The position numbers and the translations under genes are program-made. From a virus (Duplodnaviria; Heunggongvirae; Uroviricota; Caudoviricetes): 42,047 nucleotides of DNA. Location: the IMG/VR virus record IMGVR_UViG_2660238591_000003; one strand, 5' to 3'. The notes under the pieces are model-generated. The model was not told where the DNA came from. It saw only the letters and a program-made list of their open reading frames with translations, and made no database searches. Positions within the stretch are counted from its first letter, which is position 1, and every line of letters starts with the position of its first letter. Shown piece by piece: positions 28,099 through 36,165 of this stretch.

Positions 28099-28332
28099 CT
28101 AATAAAACCAGTCGTCAGCGCTTTCCCAGGTATCCTGGAGGATTGATTCAATTTTCTTTTTATCGTCCTTGTCACCACCAAAAACACTTAACCCATCGGC
28201 CCCGGCACGGCGGATTGTGAGCCTGCAATTGTCATAGTGATCATTCAGGCGCTTAAGCAGTTCTTTCTCCAGTGCTGGTACTGCGCCTTTAGGAAGTTCT
28301 TTCATGCGATCAATGGTTAATTCAACTTTCAT
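28099..28332 (-). CDS. dinI: DinI-family protein (SOS-inducible RecA modulator homologue)
   Basis: 77 aa: MKVELTIDRMKELPKGAVPALEKEL...KKKIESILQDTWESADDWFY, closely resembling E. coli DinI (...ISEILQETWESADDWF). A consensus LexA box lies immediately upstream. Confidence 0.85.
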   Translation of the reverse strand: MKVELTIDRMKELPKGAVPALEKELLKRLNDHYDNCRLTIRRAGADGLSVFGGDKDDKKKIESILQDTWESADDWFY

Positions 28333-28350
28333 AATGGCCCCCATTGCATG

Positions 28351-28370
28351 TACTGTGTTTTTATACAGTA
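28351..28370. promoter_or_regulatory. LexA (SOS) box
   Basis: TACTGTGTTTTTATACAGTA fits CTGT-N8-ACAG. It lies 7-19 nt upstream of the dinI-like start codons and overlaps a TATAAA -10-like element. Confidence 0.8.
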
Positions 28371-28430
28371 TACCTATGCGCGGAAATGATCAACGTTTTA
28401 AGAGCACAAATTGTTAATTTTCTGTCAGTT

Positions 28431-28460
28431 GTAAAAAAAGAAAACCCGCCGTAGCGGGTT
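28431..28460 (-). terminator. intrinsic terminator (- strand)
   Basis: Stem AACCCGC/GCGGGTT followed on the - strand by TTTCTTTTTTTAC; insulates the dinI promoter. Confidence 0.6.
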
Positions 28461-28823
28461 GAATTAGCAGTGTTATATTAAGCGGCAATTTCTTTCTGCC
28501 GGCACAATCCCGAGAGATTCGCCCTCTGTATCGCATCATCAATGAGCACCTGTATGACCATGAGGCAAAGCGTTATCCAACTTGCATTCATCTTTTTCAA
28601 TCAGCAAAGGAGTGGTTAGTGCTGTGAGTGGGCTTTGTTCACTTCATGGTAGATAAATCAGCTATGGATAAGTGATAAGAGGTGAAATCAATCCGAATTA
28701 ACAACCTGAAGCACATTAATCGGAACACAGATATTAAAATCCTAAAGTCTAGTAACAAATAGCCGATATGAGATATTGCTTATCAGTTTAAAAATCATCT
28801 ATTGAAAAAATGGGGGGGAGGCG

Positions 28824-29387
28824 TTGAAGCGAGTAGAGCGCGATTTTATCTGTCTGTTTAATTGTGTGTGGTATCAAGATTTCCCTGTGTTCAAAGGTGA
28901 ATATATCAACCGTTCCAACTGGACCATTCATGTTGGCCTGGTCATGCGCGAGTGTGCAAAGTTAATGGGCGCAAGAACATTTTTTGAACAAGGCGGGCGT
29001 ACCGATGCGGTCCTACAATATCCAGACAATCAAATTTTAACCTATGTTGAGTGGGAGTATAATCAGGCAGACAGAGATAGCGTTAACGAGTTAGACAAAC
29101 TGCTTGAAAAAAACGACAAGTGCTATTTCTCCACATTCATCTCATATTGTCAGCATGAAAACATCAATATTGTTATTGAAAAAGCAAGTAGAATATGGAG
29201 TGAAGCAAGCAGGCCTTTGATTTTTTTTCTTATCACCTATGAGCCTCAAACGAAAAAACGCCGCCATTTTTTAGAACTCAGAACTTATTTTTTCTCAAAC
29301 GGCAAAAGAAAACTAGTTCGCAAACAACCTGCGCTTCCATGGGATATTGAGCAACGAAAATACAATGTCGAAGAAGATGCAGGATAG
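28824..29387 (+). CDS. hypothetical protein in an AT-rich island (candidate accessory/defence gene)
   Basis: 187 aa. TTG start preceded by GGGGGGAGG. Opposite strand to all flanking phage early genes. No motif I can assign. Confidence 0.55.
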   Translation: MKRVERDFICLFNCVWYQDFPVFKGEYINRSNWTIHVGLVMRECAKLMGARTFFEQGGRTDAVLQYPDNQILTYVEWEYNQADRDSVNELDKLLEKNDKCYFSTFISYCQHENINIVIEKASRIWSEASRPLIFFLITYEPQTKKRRHFLELRTYFFSNGKRKLVRKQPALPWDIEQRKYNVEEDAG

Positions 29388-29426
29388 AAGAGACATAAGG
29401 TTTTCACGACAGTCTCGTTCCGAGCC

Positions 29427-29808
29427 CTAACTAAAATATTCTGTTCGGAGCAACCAAATAGCTCTGGCTTTGCTGTGACCATGTTCGCGGTACCAACGCC
29501 TCTCTAGGTCCGCTTCTCGCTCATGGTGGACCAAAATCAAATCTAAAATGACGTGGCTAAGCGGGAGTACATAGTGAATGACAGGATGCTCCGGGCAGCA
29601 CCATACTAATTCAGTTCCCGTCAGAGGTAGGCGTTGCTTCATGATGGGATGAGCGCTCCCTCCAGACAATCCATGCGACAGCCGCCTCCCATGATATATA
29701 TCCATTACCGCCATTTTTCGCTCTGCGGAGATTAACTGCATCACCAAACCTTTCAATGATGAATTTTTCAAATTCTATGCGTTTTTCTTCGTCGATTGTT
29801 GAATCCAT
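29427..29808 (-). pseudogene. possible decayed gene (two overlapping frames)
   Basis: Track ORFs 29611..29808 and 29427..29771 overlap in different frames in AT-rich DNA. Confidence 0.3.
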
Positions 29809-30087
29809 ACCTTCCCCAGAAGAGTCCTACGAATCGCTCTTATTGCATAAAAAATAGCATATACAATAGAGAGTGAAAAACCGACGTAGCGGGTTAACTT
29901 TATGTTACTCATGAGTCTTGTCTCGCTGCGACTTAAAAGCGGAACATTCTCGCGCAAGTTGCGTTGCTAAAGCTACGGGGTTGAATGGCTCTCCATGCCC
30001 ATTTAAGAAGGCATGCGGTGTGTAGTTGAACGTTATTTAAAACACAGATAGAATCAAGAAAAATCCTAAATAAATGGAATATTGTTT

Positions 30088-30468
30088 ATGGCTAAGAAAA
30101 TCGCATTACTGGGCTTTTCTGCTCTTTTTGTTGCAAGTGTTGCTTTTGCTGAAACGACAAGTAACTGGGTTGAGGTTACTACAGCTGATGATGGCATTTT
30201 TTCAGCAAAAAAAGGCACATTTAGAAATGTAAAAGGTGATTCATCTGCCTTGTTCATGTATCAAACAAAAAATAAAAAAGTAGAGTACTACAAAGTTAGT
30301 ATTAAAGATGCCGACTGTGATAGTGGATATGGGGAGATAAGATTCTTCTATATGGATGGGAAATTAGCTTTCAAAGGTGATTATGTTGCTGATGGGAACA
30401 GTGTTGGCGCAGGTATTGGTGATTTTATGTGTGGAGTCAGAATTGGACTTAACACACAAAAAAGTTAA
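30088..30468 (+). CDS. hypothetical secreted protein (moron)
   Basis: 126 aa. Signal peptide MAKKIALLGFSALFVASVAFA/ET; two Cys in the mature part. AT-rich. Confidence 0.6.
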   Translation: MAKKIALLGFSALFVASVAFAETTSNWVEVTTADDGIFSAKKGTFRNVKGDSSALFMYQTKNKKVEYYKVSIKDADCDSGYGEIRFFYMDGKLAFKGDYVADGNSVGAGIGDFMCGVRIGLNTQKS

Positions 30469-30882
30469 ATGAGGGGCATTTGTTAAAAAACAATAGCCCC
30501 ACATTAGATCAATATTGGCTCCGGCATTTCTGGATAAAAGCTTCTATGCTACGGCGCTCATAGCGAACAATCTTAGCGCTGAACTTTACACGGGGCCAAT
30601 GTAGACCGGTGTCGGTGTTCTGTATTCCATTTACATAATGTTTTTTGCGTAATTCCCAGCTTCTGGCATACCTCGCCCGGAGTGAGGAGATCATCAGGTT
30701 GCTCAGTCATGTTATGCCTCGCTGTTATCTGGGGTGATGATTAGCAGCTTCCAGATGGCTGAGACATACATAGCCTGATGTTTCGCATCGACTAGGGCAT
30801 TATGCATGTCACCTTCAAACGGCATGTCCCGAGTTCTCCCTTTTCGCCGCTTTCGCGTCGCATATTCTCCAAACGGTATTTA

Positions 30883-31440
30883 TCAATCATTACTGTTATC
30901 CTCGCAGTAGTAGTGCCGTCCCTCTGGGTCAGTAGATACATGTCCGCAGATATCGCATTCAATTCCAGGAAGCACCGATTCTGACTGCGCTTTGATATGC
31001 AGTCGCGGTTCACCGTCTTTCGGCTCTGGCCACTGGCGGTTTTTGTTAACCGCCAGCTTTTCTACCATCGCCAGGGTAATCTGCTTATCACTGATACCGG
31101 CACGACGTTGCGCATCCCATAACAGGAATTGCATGTCAGCCCATTCGCTCATCTCGTCTGGTTCCGCAGCAGCCTCGATAGCTTCTTTGGAAAGGTGCTT
31201 CAGCGGACCAACTGGACCGACATCGCCGAATGTTTCATCTGACCATGCTGCATGTTCACAGCGTACCTGCTCACGGGCTATCGACTCCAGAACCCCATCA
31301 ATCACCTTCACTGCATCAGCCATTGCGTAGCCGAGATTACCGCCGTCGCTTTGTGCTGCTGCTTTGCTGAGTATTTCGCGTATCTGGTGCAAGCGATCAA
31401 GTGATACAGGACCGTGCGCCGGGTGGTTGTTAGTTGTCAT
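30883..31440 (-). CDS. hypothetical early protein (MazG-like/DUF550-like N-terminus with C-terminal Cys motif)
   Basis: 185 aa; RBS AGGTAGAGGA before the ATG. Ends CDICGH...CEDN. Confidence 0.45.
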   Translation of the reverse strand: MTTNNHPAHGPVSLDRLHQIREILSKAAAQSDGGNLGYAMADAVKVIDGVLESIAREQVRCEHAAWSDETFGDVGPVGPLKHLSKEAIEAAAEPDEMSEWADMQFLLWDAQRRAGISDKQITLAMVEKLAVNKNRQWPEPKDGEPRLHIKAQSESVLPGIECDICGHVSTDPEGRHYYCEDNSND

Positions 31441-31443
31441 GGG

Positions 31444-31644
31444 TTAGTCCTCTACCTTGTTTCCGCAATGCGGGCAGTAATTGAACTTATGGGCGAATCC
31501 AGGATGCGGAACGGCAAAGCGTTTGGTTTTCTCGTTCCAGTCAGCAATTACGATTTCAAAATTTACGACCGCATTAGCCCAGTCACTGGAAAGAACTGGC
31601 TGCGACCCAATCAGGCCGACTATACAGCGATTACATTTTTCCAC
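31444..31644 (-). CDS. small zinc-ribbon protein
   Basis: 66 aa with CNRC ... CPHC. Confidence 0.5.
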   Translation of the reverse strand: MEKCNRCIVGLIGSQPVLSSDWANAVVNFEIVIADWNEKTKRFAVPHPGFAHKFNYCPHCGNKVED

Positions 31645-31648
31645 TGAC

Positions 31649-31843
31649 TCACACCCCCTTCACGCCAATGCCAGCAGTAAATCGCGACGGTGACCAATCG
31701 CAATATGTGTTCGACTCCGTGTGTCCAAAAATTGCTTTACAACGATGGATATGGTGGCAATTACCACATGTTATGCCAGCCGGTAATCGCATCTTGTCGG
31801 GATCGGCTGGGTCATAATTCAACGCCAGTTTTTCGGTTGTCAT
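31649..31843 (-). CDS. small Cys-rich protein
   Basis: 64 aa with CGNCHHIHRC. Confidence 0.45.
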   Translation of the reverse strand: MTTEKLALNYDPADPDKMRLPAGITCGNCHHIHRCKAIFGHTESNTYCDWSPSRFTAGIGVKGV

Positions 31844-32178
31844 GCTGGCATCCTCCCCACGATATCTATAACCCGACGCATAACCGCACTTCCCCGAAAA
31901 TCTGCTGGTAACTCAATCAGAGGCTTACTCGAACCGTATGAGAATCGTTGGAGATCGAAATCAATTACAGCCTTTGGGTCCCTGAACAAATCTAGACGAC
32001 CGTAACGAATGAGTTCGCCGCGTTCGGCTGCTACGCGGAAATACTTCTCAGCAGTCTGACGATGCAGCGACAACATCTGTGATGCCTCGCTAACGGTTAA
32101 GCGTCCACGGATTTTCACCTCTTCGATGATCACCCGGATAAGTGCCGCCTGCTCTTCTGGTGTATTTGGTCTTGGCAT
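31840..32178 (-). CDS. hypothetical HTH-containing protein downstream of O
   Basis: 112 aa with a possible HTH (LTVSEASQMLSLHRQTAEKYF). Overlaps the O stop. Confidence 0.5.
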   Translation of the reverse strand: MPRPNTPEEQAALIRVIIEEVKIRGRLTVSEASQMLSLHRQTAEKYFRVAAERGELIRYGRLDLFRDPKAVIDFDLQRFSYGSSKPLIELPADFRGSAVMRRVIDIVGRMPA

Positions 32179-32180
32179 GC

Positions 32181-33092
32181 TTACCCCCTGAATCCGGGTG
32201 GGATTGTTTTGTCTGGCTCAGAAATGCGGTTCACATCCCTGCCCGTTTTGCGAGCGTTGAGAGCGAACTTCGGTTTAAACAGTCCCTGGTACCCGTTGGC
32301 GATACTGGTGTTGATCACATCAACGGGGTCATGCCCAGCGTCCAGGCAAGCCTTGAGCAACTTGAATGCTTTGGTGACCGTCATTTCGGTCTTGATGGCT
32401 TTGCCAGACTGTTGGCGGTAGGCCACCCACTCACTCCAGGACACAGAATCAAGCCACTCAGGAACGGGAATCGTCAGCGGGTCAAACTTACCCTTCCCCT
32501 TTGGGGGATTAGAGGGGGTTAGATCTGTATTTATATTTGTATTTGGAAGAATGTCTTTGGTGTTCCCTGTTTTCAGGGATACCTCTCCCTGTTTTTGGGG
32601 ATGGTTATCCCCGTTTTCAGGGATGATTGAAGGGGTAAAATTGCTATCCCTGAATTCAGGGATGGTAATAACCCATGTGACAACTTCAGCAGCAGGAAAC
32701 ACCGCTGGACACTTCATGCAATTTGGCTTGGTATACGCCCATTTATCCAGGCTGGTATTAATCCCTATGTATCTGGTTTGCCCAATGCGGCGCAGGATGA
32801 TGATGTTCCGATAGGCAAGGCTCAACACGGCTTCAGAGACGTGTTTCACCTTCAGCGTCGTTTTATCTGCAATGAGGCTATTGGCGATGCGGTCAGAACT
32901 CTTAGACCAGCCATAGGTCAGACGAACGATAGCATTCAGCACCCGGAACTCGCGCCCGGATAGTTCGACGATACACAGGGCATCCTGAATCTGGTTGGCC
33001 AGGCGCAAATAGCCTTTCTCCAGTTCAGCCATGCTGCTCTCCTGTTTCCCCTGCTGTGTGGGGAATTTGAATATTTCAGCGGTATTTGACAT
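32181..33092 (-). CDS. O: replication initiation protein O (lambda O family)
   Basis: Start at MSNTAEIF with GGAG 7 nt upstream. N-terminal LANQIQDALCIVELSGREFRVLNAIVRLTYGW. The gene contains the ori iterons. Confidence 0.8.
   Translation of the reverse strand: MSNTAEIFKFPTQQGKQESSMAELEKGYLRLANQIQDALCIVELSGREFRVLNAIVRLTYGWSKSSDRIANSLIADKTTLKVKHVSEAVLSLAYRNIIILRRIGQTRYIGINTSLDKWAYTKPNCMKCPAVFPAAEVVTWVITIPEFRDSNFTPSIIPENGDNHPQKQGEVSLKTGNTKDILPNTNINTDLTPSNPPKGKGKFDPLTIPVPEWLDSVSWSEWVAYRQQSGKAIKTEMTVTKAFKLLKACLDAGHDPVDVINTSIANGYQGLFKPKFALNARKTGRDVNRISEPDKTIPPGFRG
32522..32663. promoter_or_regulatory. lambda-type origin of replication (four iterons plus an AT-rich tract) inside O
   Basis: Four palindromic 16-18 bp iterons: TCCCTGTTTTCAGGGA (32564), TCCCTGTTTTTGGGGA (32586), ATCCCCGTTTTCAGGGAT (32607), ATCCCTGAATTCAGGGAT (32646). 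Adjacent AT-rich tract GATCTGTATTTATATTTGTATTTGG (32522-32546). Confidence 0.7.
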
Positions 33093-33176
33093 ACTGTTCT
33101 CCGCAATTACGCACAGTTTTTGCACCTGAAAGCCGTTGGTGTTCGAGCACCGCGGCTTTCGCCATTTCTGAGCCCG

Positions 33177-33734
33177 TCATAGCGCACCACCCAGCATCGT
33201 TGTAACCATCGCCATAATGGGCGCCACAGAATCAGGTCCGTCCAGGTAGAGCTTGGCTACGATGCTCTCGCTGATTTCCTTCATCCGTTCGTGTCTGGGG
33301 GCTTTGAGGACGACAGCCTGTATCGCCTCAGCGTCTTCTTTCACCGACCTGGCGACACGAACCGCAAAGCAGTCGTGCTTAATCACGCGATCCCGGTACG
33401 CCAGCGGCAGAACCGAAATTATTACCGGCGCCAGCTGCTCGACGTTCGCCCGGTAGGCCGGTGATTTCTCGTGGTTGTCCAGCCAGCGAAACAGCTTCAC
33501 GTTCCACACATCGGCGCTGCCGGTCATGTCAATGCTGTCAAGCTCGGCCTGTTCGGCAGCCTCTTTAATCGCCAGAGCGACCGCCACGCGGCCCTCTGCC
33601 GCCGCCCAGGCGCGGACGGCAGAACAGATAGCCCGGTGATCGACCGGCTGGCCTTCAGCCTCACTGTGTTGATACTGGAATTTCAGGTGCTCTGATGGCG
33701 CTCTGTTATTCTGTTGAAAAGAAAGTGTTTGCAT
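33177..33734 (-). CDS. YdaT-like protein (cII position)
   Basis: 185 aa directly downstream of the cro-like gene. Segment WNVKLFRWLDNHEKSPAYRANVEQLAPVIISVLPLAYRDR resembles Rac YdaT as recalled. Confidence 0.5.
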   Translation of the reverse strand: MQTLSFQQNNRAPSEHLKFQYQHSEAEGQPVDHRAICSAVRAWAAAEGRVAVALAIKEAAEQAELDSIDMTGSADVWNVKLFRWLDNHEKSPAYRANVEQLAPVIISVLPLAYRDRVIKHDCFAVRVARSVKEDAEAIQAVVLKAPRHERMKEISESIVAKLYLDGPDSVAPIMAMVTTMLGGAL

Positions 33735-33745
33735 TGTCAGTGCTC

Positions 33746-33964
33746 CTACTTTGGTAATCCGTCAGTGGGATTTGGATAGAGATCAGGGCGCAGCTCGTGG
33801 GGGGTTACGCCTGTCATTTTGAAAATCGGGAAGATATAGCTTGGCGGGACGATCCCTTGGTCACGATTCTTCCAATGACTTACAGACATACTCGTCACAC
33901 CAAGCGCGATGCTGAGCTTTCTGGCAGAGCCAGCGGCTTTAATTGCTTTATCGAGTGCGGACAT
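33746..33964 (-). CDS. Cro/YdaS-like HTH regulator
   Basis: 72 aa with HTH (ARKLSIALGVTSMSVSHWKN). Divergent from the repressor gene; RBS AGGAGAAG. Confidence 0.7.
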   Translation of the reverse strand: MSALDKAIKAAGSARKLSIALGVTSMSVSHWKNRDQGIVPPSYIFPIFKMTGVTPHELRPDLYPNPTDGLPK

Positions 33965-34066
33965 GTGCTTCTCCTGCTTATTGATAGCAGAAGTAAACCA
34001 CAGATTTATACTTCATGCAAACTTTGGATTTATTGCGTGCATAAACCAAATATTTACAATGACCAT
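33965..34066. promoter_or_regulatory. immunity-region operator/promoter (OR-like), divergent promoters
   Basis: Palindromes CTGCTtattgatAGCAG (33974-33990) and TTTGGATTTAT...ATAAACCAAA (34023-34050). A TACAAT -10-like element sits 7 nt before the repressor ATG, which would give a leaderless mRNA. - strand promoter TTGCAT-17-TTTACT for the cro-like gene. Confidence 0.55.
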
Positions 34067-34456
34067 ATGAGAAAAGAAGAACCCAACCTCGTTCTGGTGG
34101 AGCGCCTTACTGAGATCACTGATCGCGGCGTTACCAAAGCAGACATGGCAAGAATAGCTGGAGTCACCCCTCAGGCCGTAAACGGCTGGTTCAAAAAAGG
34201 CGTGATTAGTAAGAAATCGGCACTGGCCATAGCCGACGCTGTTGGTATTTCTGTCGCCTGGCTACTCGGTGAAGACGTTGGGGAGAAAGACGGTCTCAAA
34301 CCGGACGAACAGCGTTTGCTCGAGCTCTACCGCCAGTTACCGGAAGAAGAGCAGCAGAACATGCTCCGCATTTTTGCGCTTCGCCTGAAAGAGTTAGATG
34401 AGCTGTACGAGAAGTACATGAAGGGTCGGATTCGATCGCAAGGTGAGCAAACCTAA
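34067..34456 (+). CDS. phage repressor (cI/RacR-like, HTH only, no S24 peptidase domain)
   Basis: 129 aa with HTH (VTKADMARIAGVTPQAVNGWFKKG). No autocleavage domain present. The track ORF's upstream extension is discounted. Confidence 0.75.
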   Translation: MRKEEPNLVLVERLTEITDRGVTKADMARIAGVTPQAVNGWFKKGVISKKSALAIADAVGISVAWLLGEDVGEKDGLKPDEQRLLELYRQLPEEEQQNMLRIFALRLKELDELYEKYMKGRIRSQGEQT

Positions 34457-34520
34457 ACCAGTAGTATCTAATTCCATGTAATAAAAATATTTCAAGATTT
34501 AATATCTTCTGGAGGATTCG

Positions 34521-34802
34521 GTGTCTAAAGAAACAACCGTCGAACTTATGCATCTTAATGATGTAATCGAAGCGAAAAATTTCATCGAGACCAATGCTGA
34601 CGGTGTCGTAACAATCGGCACACAAAATGCCGGTTACGAAGTTTACAATTTTGTGTTCCTGAATAGCAGCCCGATCATCGGTACGGATAATGCGGATATA
34701 GTCGTCAAGGGCATGCAGCGAACCAAAGTTGTGTCTGTGACTTTAAGCAAACAAAAGGCTTATGATTTTTATCAATCCTTAAAAAGTATGTTTGAGGAAT
34801 AA
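34521..34802 (+). CDS. hypothetical protein A of a repressor-linked cassette
   Basis: 93 aa. Same strand and likely same transcript as the repressor. AT-rich. Confidence 0.6.
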   Translation: MSKETTVELMHLNDVIEAKNFIETNADGVVTIGTQNAGYEVYNFVFLNSSPIIGTDNADIVVKGMQRTKVVSVTLSKQKAYDFYQSLKSMFEE

Positions 34803-34805
34803 TAA

Positions 34806-35330
34806 TTGATGGATGCGGCTCAATCATCTCTTGGTGAAGGGAAGTTATTGATTGCATATTCAGACCATAGCGGAGCTACAGTAGGCTTAGAGTTTTCATC
34901 AGTAGCTTCGAGCCAAGCAACCTTCCTTATGGGTGCTTGTAGTTTTGCCGCTTCGGATAAACAAAAACGGATTGTCACATCAGTTGCTATGGATGATACT
35001 GAAATCATTCATACGTCAACTGAAGATGGAGGTGACGACATGGAAAAGAGATTGGCTATTCTTGAGGTTGAAGTTGCCCACATCAAGAAAGATGTTGCCG
35101 AGATAAAAAACACAGTTTCAAAAGTTGATACGACAGTGAATTCACTGGACAAAAATATGGCTGTAGTTTTGGAGAGGCTGTCTAGTATCAAAGAGTCTGT
35201 AGACAAAAAGCCCTCATCAGACACAGTGGACAAGAAAATCTCTGATGCTAAATTGGCGATTCTCTTAGGTGTCCCTGCGATTATCGCCATTGGTACAGGG
35301 CTGTACAAAGCTTTTATGCACTTCTTTTAG
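34806..35330 (+). CDS. hypothetical protein B: coiled-coil protein with a single C-terminal transmembrane helix
   Basis: 174 aa. Start 4-7 nt after the stop of A. Heptad-like LAILEVEVAHIKKDVAEIKNTVSKVDTTVNSL and C-terminal TM LAILLGVPAIIAIGTGLY (reminiscent of XhlA-type proteins). Followed by a strong terminator. Confidence 0.6.
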   Translation: MMDAAQSSLGEGKLLIAYSDHSGATVGLEFSSVASSQATFLMGACSFAASDKQKRIVTSVAMDDTEIIHTSTEDGGDDMEKRLAILEVEVAHIKKDVAEIKNTVSKVDTTVNSLDKNMAVVLERLSSIKESVDKKPSSDTVDKKISDAKLAILLGVPAIIAIGTGLYKAFMHFF

Positions 35331-35402
35331 TCAGATTTGGTCAATACGCCTGAGTTATAAGGCTCTCAGCTACTAACTCTGTCGCCTTCCCCGAACCTTC
35401 TC

Positions 35403-35431
35403 ATCCCGACCACGCGTCGGGATTTTTTTTG
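35403..35431 (+). terminator. intrinsic terminator ending the repressor-cassette transcript
   Basis: Stem ATCCCGAC/GTCGGGAT, loop CACGC, then TTTTTTTT. Confidence 0.75.
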
Positions 35432-35504
35432 CCTGCGATTCTGCAGACGTGTCACAAAACCCAGCCACATAAACCTCAGATTTACAATTAACACTAACCT
35501 TAAG

Positions 35505-35533
35505 TTGACACATATATAAACCAGTGATTTAAT
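35505..35533 (+). promoter_or_regulatory. sigma70-like promoter (PL-like) for the early recombination/excision operon
   Basis: TTGACA, 17-nt spacer, TTTAAT. The nearby ATTTACAAT motif is shared with the OR region. Confidence 0.5.
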
Positions 35534-35786
35534 CTAACTCACCAAGACGCACCACGAACCACCCAGGCATGGAGCCCACGAAGTAGCCGTCCGGGGCATA
35601 CGAAAACCGGAATGAGGTGGTGATATTAACGCGCAGTAGGTTTGAAACGTTCCGCCAGCCTGGCGACAAGGGCAAACACAGAAGTGAGCTTCGCGGTGGT
35701 GAATTGCAGAGTTAAAACGCTCAACTGTGAAGATCAGCGTCACGGCACCACCAGCGAAGTTCACTCAGCAATAGTGGAGAACATCA

Positions 35787-35992
35787 TGGTTCATCAGCAC
35801 TACGGTACACAGACAGTAAACCGCGGCGCAGTTCAGCCGGGGATGCTTGTAAAACACAAAGACTCAACCTGGACCGCATCTGCTAACGCACGCGGTCGCC
35901 TGTATCTTCACCGTGGCATCGAACGTACCTACACCAAAGATTTGCTGGTTGAGGTTTATCTAAACGGTTTAGGACATGGCCTTAGCCATTAA
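35787..35992 (+). CDS. hypothetical small protein (first gene of early-left operon)
   Basis: ATG with GGAGAA upstream; 68 aa. Confidence 0.4.
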
Positions 35993-36003
35993 CGGAGTGA
36001 GTT

Positions 36004-36165
36004 ATGCAGGAGAAAAAATGCGCGTACTGCCGCAAGCCGATCAAGCAAGGGAAGGAAGTTAAAAACGAACTGCTCTTTATCCACGGCACGCAGTTGAAAC
36101 GCGAGCAACGTGATTACTGTTCAGTACGTTGCGCTTCGTTCGACCAGATGGCCCACGAAGCATAA
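36004..36165 (+). CDS. small zinc-finger protein (53 aa), not in the ORF track
   Basis: MQEKKCAYCRKPIKQGKEVKNELLFIHGTQLKREQRDYCSVRCASFDQMAHEA, with CxxC ... CxxxC. GGAG upstream. Confidence 0.5.
   Translation: MQEKKCAYCRKPIKQGKEVKNELLFIHGTQLKREQRDYCSVRCASFDQMAHEA

Noticed and set aside
30509-30694. 61-aa - strand ORF
   Set aside because: No convincing RBS; left as uncertain rather than called, though a small basic protein cannot be excluded.
33797-34066. N-terminal extension of track ORF 33797..34456
   Set aside because: Would read through the cro gene and the operator region. The repressor starts at ATG 34067, where the HTH-containing sequence begins.
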